64,000 nucleotides of DNA from Paraspadella gotoi (lineage: Eukaryota > Animalia > Chaetognatha): NCBI GenBank assembly GCA_051294375.1, contig CM119267.1:4111260-4175259 (forward strand), read 5' to 3'. A program made the translations under genes and the position numbers. A model generated the notes under the pieces. The model worked only from the letters and a program-made list of their open reading frames with translations. It ran no database searches and was not told where the DNA came from. Below, one piece after another: positions 51,324 through 63,370 of the stretch (positions within the stretch are counted from its first letter, which is position 1; each line of letters starts with the position of its first letter).

Positions 51324-52507
51324 ATGAATTTAGGAGACATGACTGTGGGATCAGACCCTGAAGACCTTTTCATTTGTCCGTACGACAAAACGCATGTTAT
51401 CCGCAGAAAAATTCTCCCTTATCATCTCATCAAATGCAGAAAAAATTTTACCGGAAATGGTAAGTTTCTTCGAGTTTTTATGTGTAAGAACAAGCGATGA
51501 ATGGCTGACTATTTGGTTTATTTTTTTAAAGTTCTTGGCAAAAAAATTTGTATATATGGCAAAAAAAGAAATTCTGATCGATTTTGTATGCTGTATAATT
51601 GTAAGATTTAAACACTTTTAGATTACAAAATCTGCCCCTTCAATGCCAACCATGAAGTTCCAGCCCCGGAATTTAACGGTCACCAACTCATGTGCGAAGA
51701 TCGTTACGTGATCGCCCAGAATTTATGTCACAAGCGTGAAAAGATGAAGCCCTCCGGTATAAACTTTTAACGTCCCATTTCATAAATATCTGAATATCAT
51801 ACATTTGAATACGAGTTTATTTTACTCCCCCCTCAAAGCCGTCCCCCCGCCGCCCCCGGTTCCTGAGCCGCAAATGCCGACCCCGACGGAGGATTGGGAG
51901 CAAGAGATTCGAATGGAAAGCCGCATGAAGAGTTGGCGCCGCGAATGGCCCATCTTTCGCGGAGGCGCCGTGGGAGGTCGTCTGTCGGGAGAGACATTCA
52001 ATTCGCTCGACTATTCCTTCAACCGAACTCGCGAACCGCGCGCCCCAGTGACGACGCTTCCTCCGCAACCGCCGCCGCCGCCGCGAAATGAAATCAGCAG
52101 CGATTTGTCGATGCTTGAAGGAACGATGGAAGCGACGCTCGATCGATCATCCTCTCTCAACCAGTCGGGTTTGTCTTACGCCGCCGGGGCCTTTCGACGT
52201 CCGGTCACGCCGCTTGGCAGAGGGGTTTTGCTTCCCGCCGCCGAGTACATGAGACCCGGTCGCGGTCAAGTTGGGAATCATGCGTCGCCGCCGTCGCAGC
52301 CGCCGGATTCGCGCTTGGCAGGTGTTGTGCGTGGGATGCGTACTGTGTAGTCGCTCTAGGCGTCCATTGTCTACAAGTATGAGCCTTTTCTTTTTTTCAG
52401 AAATGTCTGCCAGGAGAAGCGAAGCCTTCTCTCCAAATATGCCCTCGATGGGAAGAGGTTCGTCATACCGAAATTCTTCGTTCGGAAACGGAGCCGGTCG
52501 TTTTTGA
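51324..52507 (+). CDS. GTSF1: Gametocyte-specific factor 1/Asterix-like (two CHHC zinc fingers)
   Basis: CPYDKTH..R...YHLIKCRKN and [10 protein letters not shown].....HQLMCEDR, followed by EDWEQE. The stop is at 52350, or at 52507 if a last intron is spliced. Confidence 0.8.
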
Positions 52508-52886
52508 AAAAAAAAAACTTTTCATTTTTACTTTTTTTATATTGTGACAAAAATGTCATTTTTGGTTCTTTTTCTGTCTTAATTTCTTCGTTTATTTTCT
52601 TATCTTTTCATTCGTTCCATTAGGTTTATTGCTGTTTTGTTTAATTTGTTGTGTTTTAAATACTGTTTCAAAATCTTCTATTAAATAAAAAAATCGGAAA
52701 GCCCGATTCTGCGATGGCATTTGATGGAGTAAAAATATAGTCACATTTACTTTGGTATATGCAGTTAATTTCAGAGTAGCTCTTTCTTTGCGGCGCTTTC
52801 ATACCAATACATAAAAGATTAAAAAAACGTAGACAACATGATGGACCCTTTTTCCTGCTCGTTTTAATTAAATAGCTCGTAAAAAC

Positions 52887-55688
52887 ATGGCCAGTTACAA
52901 GTCAAAAACCTCTCTAACACTGACTCTACTAATTTCAATCCTCAATGGCGCTTATTCAAGCCCGCACGGAACTAAGATTGTTCTTAAAGAAGGCGTTTTA
53001 GAGCCTCCGATTTTGCTTCGGTGCCCGGCGTTCGAAGCGGTTCGTGATAAATACGAAGGTCTCATCGCCGAGGTTCTGCGCGAAATTAATCAAGGTATGC
53101 TAACCGTGGATTGGTCCAAAGGCTGGTGGGAAAGCGACTCGTCGGAAAAGTATCATTACCAAAAGCTCGGTTTCGTCGATTTCGTCGACGGGAAAGAAAA
53201 CGCTCGTCTGCGCACAAACTTTTCTCGAGTTGTCGAACGCCGTGCAGAAACGAGAGTCTTGGATTTCGCCCTCTCAATGAGCCGAAGCGATTTCCAAGGA
53301 CTTGCCTCATTTTCGCTCTCCTGCAAAGTGTTGCTCGTCTCCAGAACCGGCGGGACTATACGCCAAGATTTCGACTACGACGTTCGCTCCGCGGGAAACG
53401 ACGAACCTTCGATGAAATTCGAAACCGAAGCCGACGTCGACGTCCACGTGGAAGATGGAGCGGTCCGAGTCGATGTGACGCTGAGAAACGTGCAGAGCGA
53501 AGGAGACAACCACCACTCGGTCGTACGGTGGAAGGTTTTGAGTCTCCTCGGAGACGTCCTTGATTCCAGTCAACACTCGGAAAACTCGGTCAAGCTTGTC
53601 TGGATGGACGAGTACTGCGCAGAGAAAGCGATGATAACGTTGAAGCCGAAACTCGCTTGGAAACGTGAGAAATCGATGACCTTTTTTATAAATTTATAAC
53701 AGAATTATGAATATTATATGGAACTCTTATTTTCAATTTAATTAGTTTCGAGTAAACGAGATCAAAATTAAAAACAGTCATTGATTTCTTACAGAATATC
53801 ACCGTCTCGAATTGGTCGTTCTCGCGCAGAATTATTTCGTTCTCACACCACAGCTGAAATTGAGGAAGAACGTCAATGTCTTTTACGCCCCGCCAAAGCC
53901 AGAGTTTGAAATTAAATCTGTGGGACTCATCAAGAAAGGTGCCCCCGGTTCGTCTGTCATTTACTGGGTCAAGACCGGCGTCCCCTTAAAAGTCGAATGC
54001 ACAGTCAAAAAATTGGGAAATCCCGAATCTAATCTGCAAGGCTTTTCTTCCTCGAATCGCCTTCGAAAAGTAACGACGAGGGATTCCGTCAAATGGCGGG
54101 GAGTTCTTCTCAAAGAAAATATATGTAGCGGCAATGAATTAGCTAGATAGTAGATTAACATATATTTCGTAATTAAGTTATTTAATTTATGAATACTTTA
54201 CCAAGCATTAATTCTTCATTGTCGCCAACATAGATCGAGACTTGACCTTCGTCTGCCAAATGCTTTCTCCGATCTCAAACATCACCCAAAGCACCGAGCT
54301 CAATATAAAAATCACATACGGCCCTCGACGTGTCGCAGTGACTACGTCTCCCGTCCGTGCCGTTGAAGGGCGAGTCCTTCGCTTAGCCTGCGTCTTTGAA
54401 ATGAAGCCTTCCACCCGTATGGCGACTTGGTACAAGTCATCCCCCGGGATAGAAGCTACGCTCGAGTCCGAACCCACCGCTCAAATATCCTTCGTCCCTT
54501 CTCGCCTCAATCATTACGAGACCTACGCCTGCGAGGTGGTCAATCCTGTCACCGGAGTTTCCTCTCGTTCGGCGCCGTTTATACTAAAAGTCGATTTCGA
54601 GGCCGAGACCCACCTGGACGCCTCTTGCCGAATCGTTAACGAGACGAGCGACGCTCGTCTCCGTCTCATAGCTGCCTGCGACGTTGCCAGATTCCCGCCG
54701 ATGTCGCTGCTCGAGTTCCGGGACAGGCTGAGGCTGAGGTGTCCACCAGGGTTTAGAAACGAAGATGTCAAAGTGGTCGTCGTCGGTGACGATGCGGCTT
54801 ATCAGACAACGTTGGGCGAGGCCGATAGGATGTCTCGATATCTGGTCGACATCGCCTACGAACCTCGATCTTGCAGCGAAGACTGCGTAGTTTGTTCCGT
54901 CGGCTCCCTTGTTCTGATAGACCCGTTTTTTGGTGACGAATTAGTCTCCGTCCTTTTAACCTTTAATCTGATAAAGACCAAAGCGCTCGATCTCGATTCC
55001 AGGTTCGTTTTAGTCGTTAATGTTATTTAATTTGGTCTTTACCGCATAATAAGACGAATCACAAGAGGGAGGCGAAAATTTCACGAATAATTTTTTTATG
55101 ATTTTCAGTGATCACCCGCAAGTGGTCGTTATCGGCGCTTCGATCGCAGTTGTCTTTCTCTTTGCCGTTTTCTTTGCCGCTTTCGTTCTTCGACGTCGTT
55201 TTTCTCGGGCTTCGCCGTCGTCGTTGCAGACATCCAAGTCTTTCCCGCCCCACTACCGCTCCTCCCTCATTTACGACTGGGGATCGGACCGGACTTCCCC
55301 TTCCAATTCCACCTCCAGCGGCAGCGGCGTTGTTTCCGCGAGCGACGAAGACTTCGTCGGCGACGACGATTGTTTCGTTGTCGATTCGACGTCGGCGGAG
55401 GCGTCGACGGCGATGACGACGTTGTCCGCGGCTCAAGACAACCGTCGAAGGTTTCCCTCGGATCCTTTGCCGAATCCTCCATGGTCGACGAATTACGCCG
55501 AAATTCTACCGAGAATCGAGGGACGCGAATACGTGACCATCGCCGACATTCATATGGATCCTGGAGGAGAAGCGGCCGGGTATACATCCGAAGACGAGTC
55601 CCAGAAATTGGCCGACGATTTTCGACCCGATTTCCAACGCGCTGGTCCAACCGCATCAGACTTTTACGTGAATTTGAGGGTTTTTTGA
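52887..55688 (+). CDS. Type I membrane protein with Ig-like domains and cytoplasmic Tyr motifs
   Basis: Signal peptide, Ig-like LRLAC....ATWYK...ETYACEVVN, TM VVVIGASIAVVFLFAVFFAAFVL followed by RRR, and a tail with YAEI, YVTI and YVNL. Exon joins are inferred. Confidence 0.65.
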
Positions 55689-55910
55689 AACTCTGTTTAC
55701 TCTTTGCAGTTGACATTTGAATAGTATACCACGTTTTGTTTCGTTTTGATGTAGCATGTTTCTTTAATTGACTAAATCCGCCAACGTTCGCGTGTTTATT
55801 TATAAATCATGGTTTTCGTTAAGTTTTTTCTTTTTGGTTTGTTTGTATTTTTTTTTCAAGATTTAATTTCAAGTCTAAAAACCCATATTTCTGCGCGACC
55901 GAAGAAGGGG

Positions 55911-56480
55911 ATGGCTCAATCTCGCCTCCACGGCGTCGCCACGATCTTCGCCCGCATGGAGGGCATGATCAAAGCCGGCGCCATTTCGCCCCAAGAAACT
56001 CCCGTGTGGTTCGAGATTTACAAACGATTTCCGCCCAAACGGCCGCCGGATCAGGAACGCCCGCTGGTGCAACAAACCCTCCGTCCCATTCTCTATCCCG
56101 AAGACAACGTTCGAGCCAATTTTTTCAAGACTTTTCAAAGCACAACCTCGACGCCGCTAACTGAAACGTCTTGGAGTCGCGGCGGCGCTGGTGATATCGG
56201 GACTCTCGCCGATCTTTTCGTACTCGGTTACGAGGCCATTGAGAGGCGGCGACCCTCCTGGAGCCCCGAAACTTTGTGGACGACCACCATGGAGTGGGTG
56301 GAGGAGGCGTTGGATGTCTCTCTGACTGCGAGGGGCGACAGGTTCTCTCGCGCGGATATAGAGACGATCGGCAAGAAACTGGAAAAGTTGCAGACCCTGA
56401 GCGAGGATGGGATCGATGCGTTTTTGGAACGATTCGAAAGCAGGGACCGAGAAATGATCGCAGAGACCACGAAGAGCTAA
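55911..56480 (+). CDS. MRPS23: Mitochondrial ribosomal protein S23
   Basis: MAQSRL..VATIFARMEGMIKAGAI...PVWFEIYKRFPP...ILYPEDNVRANFF. Confidence 0.85.
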   Translation: MAQSRLHGVATIFARMEGMIKAGAISPQETPVWFEIYKRFPPKRPPDQERPLVQQTLRPILYPEDNVRANFFKTFQSTTSTPLTETSWSRGGAGDIGTLADLFVLGYEAIERRRPSWSPETLWTTTMEWVEEALDVSLTARGDRFSRADIETIGKKLEKLQTLSEDGIDAFLERFESRDREMIAETTKS

Positions 56481-56644
56481 AACTTTCCAACGCTTTAAAA
56501 CTCGGAGATTTTGCTTTTTTTTTTTTTCGTTTTCTTGTTAAATTCGTTTCCGTTTTATTTTGAAATTGTATGTACGCCTTTTTTTCCCCCAGTTTTTCTT
56601 TCCCACCGCTTAAACTTTTTTTTTCTCGCTAACTCCTACCAAGG

Positions 56645-57898
56645 ATGGCGCGATGGGGTCGGTGGAACTCCGTCAATCTCAAGTCTCATCGCTACGTCGA
56701 CTGCAGCCTCGATCAAATCGTCGAACACATGAACATTCCTCGTGACGTTGGGCGCCCTCCTTGGAACCGGCGTCCACGATCGCGTTATTCTTCTTGGCGT
56801 CGCGGCTTCGACTCGGCGCCTCGCGTCAAGCGACTCCAGAACGACTATTCTCGACGCCCGCGCGACTGGAAAAGGTGGAATCGACGCCGCGACTCGAACA
56901 GGGCGCCGCGATATTCGAATTGGTACAACCGGCGTCGAAATCGGGACGATGACGACTGGGTGGACGAGGAGGAAGACGTGGACGCCGGCTCGACGGGAAG
57001 TTACTCGGGGGATCGATGGAGGAGGAACCGTCCAACGCGGTGTTACATGGATCTCGATCAATCGCAATATCGAACAAACTACCGACGGCGAGACGATTAC
57101 CGCGATTATAATTATAATCGCGCCCAAAACTATTACAGAAACTACAATCGTCGATTCGAAAAAAACTTTTACAACGATTACGATGGTTACCATAACAACC
57201 GTTTCAACAACAACTACTTCGACGAACAATATGACAGAAATGACCGATATGTCGAAAACGACGACGACAATTACAACAACCGATCGTCGTTCGGTCGGGA
57301 TGAGAGCCTCAGAAAATCTCCTTCTTCTACCCGGGAAGAGACTCCGACCAAGAAGTCGACGGCAAACTCAAAGCCGCTCCGCTGGCCGACTTTGCTCATC
57401 TCCAACCTCCATCCCAACGTCAATGATTTGGACATCTACGACTTGTTCAAAGAATTCGGCAACCTCAAGCGGGCTAACGTCCACCACGACAAGACGGGCA
57501 TCTCGTTGCAGACCGCCGACGTCGTCTTCTTTTCCGAGGAGGACGCGCGGGTGGCTCTCCGCGAGTACGACGGAACTCTCCTCGACGGCTGCAGGATGCG
57601 GATTTTTCTCTGCAACTCTTTCGTCGCCGCAAAACCAACTAAGACTGGCTCCGACAGCCAGACCAACGTGAACAACAATCGCGGCCAAGACGAAGACCTC
57701 AGCAAAAGCTCCAGCAGGGAGAGTCAAAGGTCGTCCCGATCGCAATTCAGAGTCAACGACATTCCGCGGGTCGAGCACAACAGATCGTTCCACCGAAACT
57801 TCGCCGAAGAATTAAAGGAATACAAAAGTTCGAAGCCGCGAATTCCGTTGAAACAGGGAAAGTGGTGGCGACAGCACCAATTCGGTCGAGGATATTGA
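56645..57898 (+). CDS. ALYREF/THOC4-like RRM protein with an R/D/N/Y-rich low-complexity region
   Basis: RRM LLISNLHPNVNDLDIYDLFKEFGNLKRANVHHDKTGISLQTADVVF...YDGTLLDG. N-terminal SLDQIV resembles the SLDDII UAP56-binding motif. Confidence 0.7.
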   Translation: MARWGRWNSVNLKSHRYVDCSLDQIVEHMNIPRDVGRPPWNRRPRSRYSSWRRGFDSAPRVKRLQNDYSRRPRDWKRWNRRRDSNRAPRYSNWYNRRRNRDDDDWVDEEEDVDAGSTGSYSGDRWRRNRPTRCYMDLDQSQYRTNYRRRDDYRDYNYNRAQNYYRNYNRRFEKNFYNDYDGYHNNRFNNNYFDEQYDRNDRYVENDDDNYNNRSSFGRDESLRKSPSSTREETPTKKSTANSKPLRWPTLLISNLHPNVNDLDIYDLFKEFGNLKRANVHHDKTGISLQTADVVFFSEEDARVALREYDGTLLDGCRMRIFLCNSFVAAKPTKTGSDSQTNVNNNRGQDEDLSKSSSRESQRSSRSQFRVNDIPRVEHNRSFHRNFAEELKEYKSSKPRIPLKQGKWWRQHQFGRGY

Positions 57899-58487
57899 GG
57901 TGGTTCTCGGTGTCTTTACTCTTTACATTTGTTATTTTACTCGCGGGGGTTTTTTTTCTCTCTTTGTTAGGCTGAAAAGTTTTCGGATATTGTTGTTCCG
58001 TAATAGTGTAGCAAAACATGTGCTTTTTTTTTTATTGTACGATAGATTTACTATTTTGGCTGTCCCTTTTGCTGACAGCAACTCTTTCAATTAATATGAT
58101 TCCAGTCACGATTATATTTTTTTCCCGATCAATTCTAATGTAAATTCTGGTCGAAAACAATTAATGGTACGACAATTAGGGTAGATCGTAAAACTTATTT
58201 GGTAAGTGCGATTAATTTTTATTACGACCATTATTTCATTTTCCACATTCCAGATTAATTTTTTCTAACTTTTCGTGGAGCTGTTCTATTTTGTGACTCC
58301 GTAAATAAAATATGAAAAGATTCATATTTAACCGTTAATGTAATCCTCTCAAGTTTTTGATTCTTTTCGCTTTTTGTCCAGATTTTGCTGTTAAAAAAAA
58401 CCCCAAACTTTATTACGTAATTCCATAGCTTCGTCGTATCCTTAAACTGGCCATTTTACTCGCTTTTTGACAAAGGAAAAAAAAACT

Positions 58488-61400
58488 ATGTTTGGGCGAA
58501 AGCCAAAAGTGGATCCTCCCCAGCAGCAACGCCGCGCCCGCACGGGTCAGATGACGGCGCAGTTACCGGGGATGGACTTTCAGGGTCAGTTAGAGGCAAT
58601 GGTCTACGGACCGGAAGACGACGACGAAAACGCCGACTTGGAGAAGGAGTTGTTGGCGCTGATCGGCGGAGGAGGATCCGGGCCGTCGTCTCCCGTCAAA
58701 CCCCGGACGGACGGGAAATCGAAGGGAGGCCCCGGCGGAAGACAAAAGCCGGCCGCCTCGCAGAGAACGCCCCAGTACGACGAGGACGACGACGACGATG
58801 ACGACGACGACGGAGTTGATCCCGAAAAAGATCCGGATCTCTTGGCGGAACTCGACGGAATTATGGACGAAGATCAAGATAGCGAGCCTACGGAAGAGCA
58901 ACCAAGAATTGCTACTCCGGTGTCGCCGCCAGAACCACGTTCACATCCCAGAGCCGCACAGACACAACCGCCGCCCTCGAGAGACGCCACCCTCGTCCTT
59001 TTGAGGGAGCGCATAGACAATTATCGACAGGCCATGGAAAATGCCAAGGCCCTTGGGGAGAATTCCAAGGTACGCCGTTGCAATAGAGGCCTCAAAACTT
59101 TAGAGGATTTAATGAAACACGCCGTGGCCGGTAAATCGATTTCGGAGGAAGATATTCCGCCGGAAATCGCAGTTAAAATCGTCAATTCGGCGCCGGTGCC
59201 CTATGAGATGAACGAGGCGCCTTCAATGGGCGTTAACCCGATTCGAGTCGCCCCGCAGCCACCACCGTCATTTCCAAATCAACAGCCACCGCCTTCGCAT
59301 CAACTTCCGCCTCAAGCGATCAATCAATCATTAACGCACGAATCCAATTTAAGCTCTATGCAGTTTTCCGCACCTCAACCGCAGCCTGAGGAAAGGCCGA
59401 GGCCGTCACCGACACCACGTGGTTCAGTCGCACAAGCCCCACCCTCGGTCGTACAAGCACCTGCTTCGGTCGTACAAGCACCTCTTTCGATCGTACAAGC
59501 ACCTCCTCCACCGCAACCAAATGTTAATCCTTTCATTCACAAGGAGCTCCTGACTCGTCGGGCCGATTACAAATCGGCCGCCCTGACCGCCAAGCACGCT
59601 GGTGATTTAACGAGGGCAAAGCAGCTATACCGCGTCATGAAGGAATTCGACACTGTCATCTCGGCCCTGGAAAACGGGCAAGAGATCGACCTTACTCACA
59701 TGCCTCCCACACCCGACGACTTGCCCCACCCCAATGCCTCACCCCCGCCCGCAGAGCAAGGGGCTGCCGGCGGCGCCGCTAGGGGAAATCCGGAGCCTCA
59801 GGAGGCGCCGCCGACGCAGCAGGAACTGTCGGCGATTTTTGGCGCTCCGGCCGAGGCGCCCTCTACGATCTTGGAGGCTTTGGAACAGCGCCTGGCCAAG
59901 TATCAATCTTCGGCGGATCAGGCAAAGCAAGAAGGAAACGGTGGTAAAGCTCGAAGAATGGGGAGAATATGCTCACAATATCAAGACGCCATCAAAGCAA
60001 CAAAGTTAAAACGACCTTTCGATTACGATGAACTTCCGACTCCACCTGGATTTCCTCCTCTTCCCACTAAAACTCCCGCGGCTGCTGCTGCTCCTTCGCA
60101 AAACCCGGTAGCCGCCCCCAAACCGCAACCCCAAGTACCTTCTCTCCCCAATCTGGCCGCTGCGGCGGCGAGAAACGAAGCCGGACCTTCCGTTCCGCCT
60201 CCCGTCGAATCCCAAGTGCCGAAACCGAGAACCGCTTCCGCTTCGTCCGGAATTCTACCTAACGCCCGCGGACCCGTCAAACGTCAAGGCACTCTGACCC
60301 AAGTATCTCGATTGGAACAGCAAGTCGCTTTTCTCAAGAAACGCCACGCCCAATTTAAACGAGCTGCGCTAGAGGCGAAGACCGCGGGCGACATCGAAAA
60401 GGCGAAGGAAATGATCCGCAGCATGAAGGGCATCGAACCGATGATCGAAGCTTCGCAAAACGGATACCCGGTGGACATTTCTCAAGTTCCTGTCCCGCCT
60501 CAGCACTCCAAAGACGAGGACCTGGAGTTTGAAATTGTCCGCCGCGAGGACATAGAGGAAGAGCAGGATCTCTCCTCCAAAATCGGGGACGAGGCGGAGC
60601 AAACCTCTCCGGAGGAGCGAGAGGCTGTATTTCATCGTCTAGAAGAGGCCATCATCCATCAGATCCAAGCGTGCACCCGTAATACGCAACACTTCCAGTC
60701 GGTCGGCGACATTCGCAAAGTCACTGAGTTCGAACGACTGCTGGCCACGAACCGCAAGGACCTGGACGCGCTGCGTAATGCTTTCAAGCACGGAGATCCG
60801 GCTCCCAAATTTCACTACGAAACGAAGACCTTTTCATTGGTTCAAACGGCGCCGGATTTGGGCGATACCGACCTCGAGCTCGTCGTCATTCGGGGGATCG
60901 ATTATAAGCCGCCAACGGGATTCGAACCCAAAGACGTAGATACCTACGTGAAATTCGAGTTCCCTTATCCGCAGGACGAGCCTCAGCGCGACAAGACGAA
61001 TGTAGTTAAGAGCAACACATCGCCGCAATACGATCACAGCTTTAAACTGGAGATCAATCGAAAACGAACTGGTCAACGCGTCTTCTCCAACAAATCGGTC
61101 AAGTTCGAGATTTTCTACAAGGCGGGATTCTTGAAAGGAGACAAGTTACTGGCGACCTCCTCGATAAAATTGGAGCCGCTCATGACCAAATACGAGCTTC
61201 ATGACTCCATGGATCTCTACGACGGTCGGCGACCCTGCGGTGGGAGGTTGGAGGTGCGCATGCGAATTCGCGAGCCAATCGTCGGTAAACACGTTGAGGA
61301 GGTGACGGAAAAGTGGCTCGTCATCGACAAGTTTTTCGGCAATCCCCCGCAGCGGGCGGAACCCTTGGAGACCCCCGGCGGCGGTGTTCCCGGGACGCCG

Positions 61401-61745
61401 GAAATATTTAGTATCGAGGTCGTCAAGTACGAGATGAGCCTTATAGACGAACAGGTGCAAGCGCTAAGGGGTAAACTGACCGAGGCGCAGGAGAGGGGAT
61501 TAGCGGCCAAGCGTCAGCAGCTTCAGGATAAGATCGAGAAACGACAGGCGTTACTACGGCAGGGCGGCGTCGCAGCTTACAAAACTTACCTGAGTCAAAT
61601 CGCTAATTTGATACCGGAAATGCACCGCGAAGCTCGGAGCCTTGCAGCCGTCGGCAACAGGGACAAGGCCAAAATCATTTTGACCAAGAAGAAGATCGCC
61701 GAGCAGGAGGCGTCTACTTTAAAGTCAAAACTGGCCGGAAAATAG
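58488..61745 (+). CDS. CC2D1/Lgd (four DM14 repeats plus C2 domain), single exon
   Basis: DM14 repeats (LRERIDNYRQA, YKSAALTAKHAGD, LEQRLAKYQ, FKRAALEAKTAGD) and a C2 domain (DTYVKFEFPYP...GGRLEVRMRIREP). Confidence 0.9.
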   Translation: MFGRKPKVDPPQQQRRARTGQMTAQLPGMDFQGQLEAMVYGPEDDDENADLEKELLALIGGGGSGPSSPVKPRTDGKSKGGPGGRQKPAASQRTPQYDEDDDDDDDDDGVDPEKDPDLLAELDGIMDEDQDSEPTEEQPRIATPVSPPEPRSHPRAAQTQPPPSRDATLVLLRERIDNYRQAMENAKALGENSKVRRCNRGLKTLEDLMKHAVAGKSISEEDIPPEIAVKIVNSAPVPYEMNEAPSMGVNPIRVAPQPPPSFPNQQPPPSHQLPPQAINQSLTHESNLSSMQFSAPQPQPEERPRPSPTPRGSVAQAPPSVVQAPASVVQAPLSIVQAPPPPQPNVNPFIHKELLTRRADYKSAALTAKHAGDLTRAKQLYRVMKEFDTVISALENGQEIDLTHMPPTPDDLPHPNASPPPAEQGAAGGAARGNPEPQEAPPTQQELSAIFGAPAEAPSTILEALEQRLAKYQSSADQAKQEGNGGKARRMGRICSQYQDAIKATKLKRPFDYDELPTPPGFPPLPTKTPAAAAAPSQNPVAAPKPQPQVPSLPNLAAAAARNEAGPSVPPPVESQVPKPRTASASSGILPNARGPVKRQGTLTQVSRLEQQVAFLKKRHAQFKRAALEAKTAGDIEKAKEMIRSMKGIEPMIEASQNGYPVDISQVPVPPQHSKDEDLEFEIVRREDIEEEQDLSSKIGDEAEQTSPEEREAVFHRLEEAIIHQIQACTRNTQHFQSVGDIRKVTEFERLLATNRKDLDALRNAFKHGDPAPKFHYETKTFSLVQTAPDLGDTDLELVVIRGIDYKPPTGFEPKDVDTYVKFEFPYPQDEPQRDKTNVVKSNTSPQYDHSFKLEINRKRTGQRVFSNKSVKFEIFYKAGFLKGDKLLATSSIKLEPLMTKYELHDSMDLYDGRRPCGGRLEVRMRIREPIVGKHVEEVTEKWLVIDKFFGNPPQRAEPLETPGGGVPGTPEIFSIEVVKYEMSLIDEQVQALRGKLTEAQERGLAAKRQQLQDKIEKRQALLRQGGVAAYKTYLSQIANLIPEMHREARSLAAVGNRDKAKIILTKKKIAEQEASTLKSKLAGK

Positions 61746-62061
61746 ACTGTCTTTTATATGGTGATTTTGTTATTTTATTTTTTCTATTTGCTTAATTTAT
61801 ATGAAAAGGGAATATCTAGTCTTTGCTATGTTTTATTTTTATAAATATCGAATTGTAGTATTGATATGATTAAAAGCTTTATCACGATAATAAGACCAGT
61901 AATCTTAAAGCCATTCGTTCACTACAAACCAGATATAGAAAAACGATTGCCAAATCTATGTGTAAGAATAATTAAATTTTCAAAACAACCAATTTCTCGG
62001 TGCCATTTATGAAAAAAAGCGGATTAATCCATTTCTGTTTTTTTCGTCCCTTTTTATTCTT

Positions 62062-63019
62062 TCACGAATCGATGTCCTTCAGGTCCCCTTGTGGCGAGAA
62101 TCCGGCTTCTCTGAGTCTAATCTTCAACTCGTCGACCGAGGAGGCCTCCTCGAAAAACCTCTTGACCTTTTTTCCGTAGTCGTTTATTTGACTCTCCACT
62201 CGACGTCGCAGATTCCCCAGTCGAGAATCTTCCTCGGCCTCAATCTCCGTAGTTCGAATCTCTTCGCTCCCGAGCTCTTTGTGAAGGTCCTCCCATCGCT
62301 CGTAGATTGCCTTCAAGCAAGGCATTTCATCTCGCGATAGAAATTTGATTTGATGGTAGAAGCCGACTCTCGATTTCTGGCCGCGGGAAAAGTATGGTTC
62401 CTCAGCTTAATATTTCCCTTAAATAGATTTGTGATTTTTCACCTTAGCCGCGATATCATTTAGTTCGAGGATCGTTGCCGTCATATCCGCCTGGTGTTTT
62501 AAGATATTTTTCTTTTCTTTCTTCGTTTCGCCCAATGACTGGAATTGTGATATCATAAGTTAAAATCGGGATCCTCTTCGAAAAACGCACCATTTATACA
62601 CTTGTCGGGACCTGCAATCTATTCGCCAGTCCTATCACGTTTTTCTCGTATTTTTTTCTAAAGTCGTTCTCCTGGTTTTTAAGTTCTTCCGAAATTTTGT
62701 CAAACTTTCCGTCCTGGTAGAGAGCAGTTCAATTAAATATTAAAATTTTAAGTGTTATTAACTATTTAGCAAAGACCAGCTTCTTGACGATGTGCCAGTT
62801 ATCGATAGAGTTGCGAAGAAATTCGGCTCCGGCTTTCCTCGCGCGCCCCTCGAGATCGTCGTAGACGTCGACGCATTGATCCTGAAGGCCGCGGGAGAGG
62901 CGCTTACCCCCTCTCAGTCCGCTCACCGCCGAAGAGACGGCCGGATCCACTTTGATGGATTGCGTTGACGACGACAGCGACGACGTCGCCAGAATGGCGC
63001 CAAGAATCGCCGATATCAT
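62062..63019 (-). CDS. Hypothetical multi-exon protein with a signal peptide-like N-terminus
   Basis: GC-rich exon-like blocks (63019-62765, about 62720-62600, 62540-62445 and 62380-62062) separated by AT-rich gaps. No family recognised. Confidence 0.45.
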
Positions 63020-63370
63020 CTTCTCTCACTTCATCTTGCGGAAGAAAAAAATTATTCGTCGAAAAATGCTAGAAAACATTCGAACGAAGACGATTTATTC
63101 TCGCTGTTGGAATCTGATGGAATTTAATTTTTTATCCGTTGCGTGTTCTTTGTCCAAACTCCGACATGTAACATGTTGCTAATTTTATTGGTTACTCAAT
63201 ACTCATAATCATTTTCTTTTTGACAGTGTTTCTCAACTCTAAAGCTTAAGCAATGACTCGCTTCATTCTTTTTTTGAAACTTCCTTGACCGCGCTTTAAT
63301 TCCCTTCCGCCGTCTTCCCCTCCCGCCCGAATATCTCTCTCTCTCTCTCTCTCTCTTTGACTGCGGCGCC

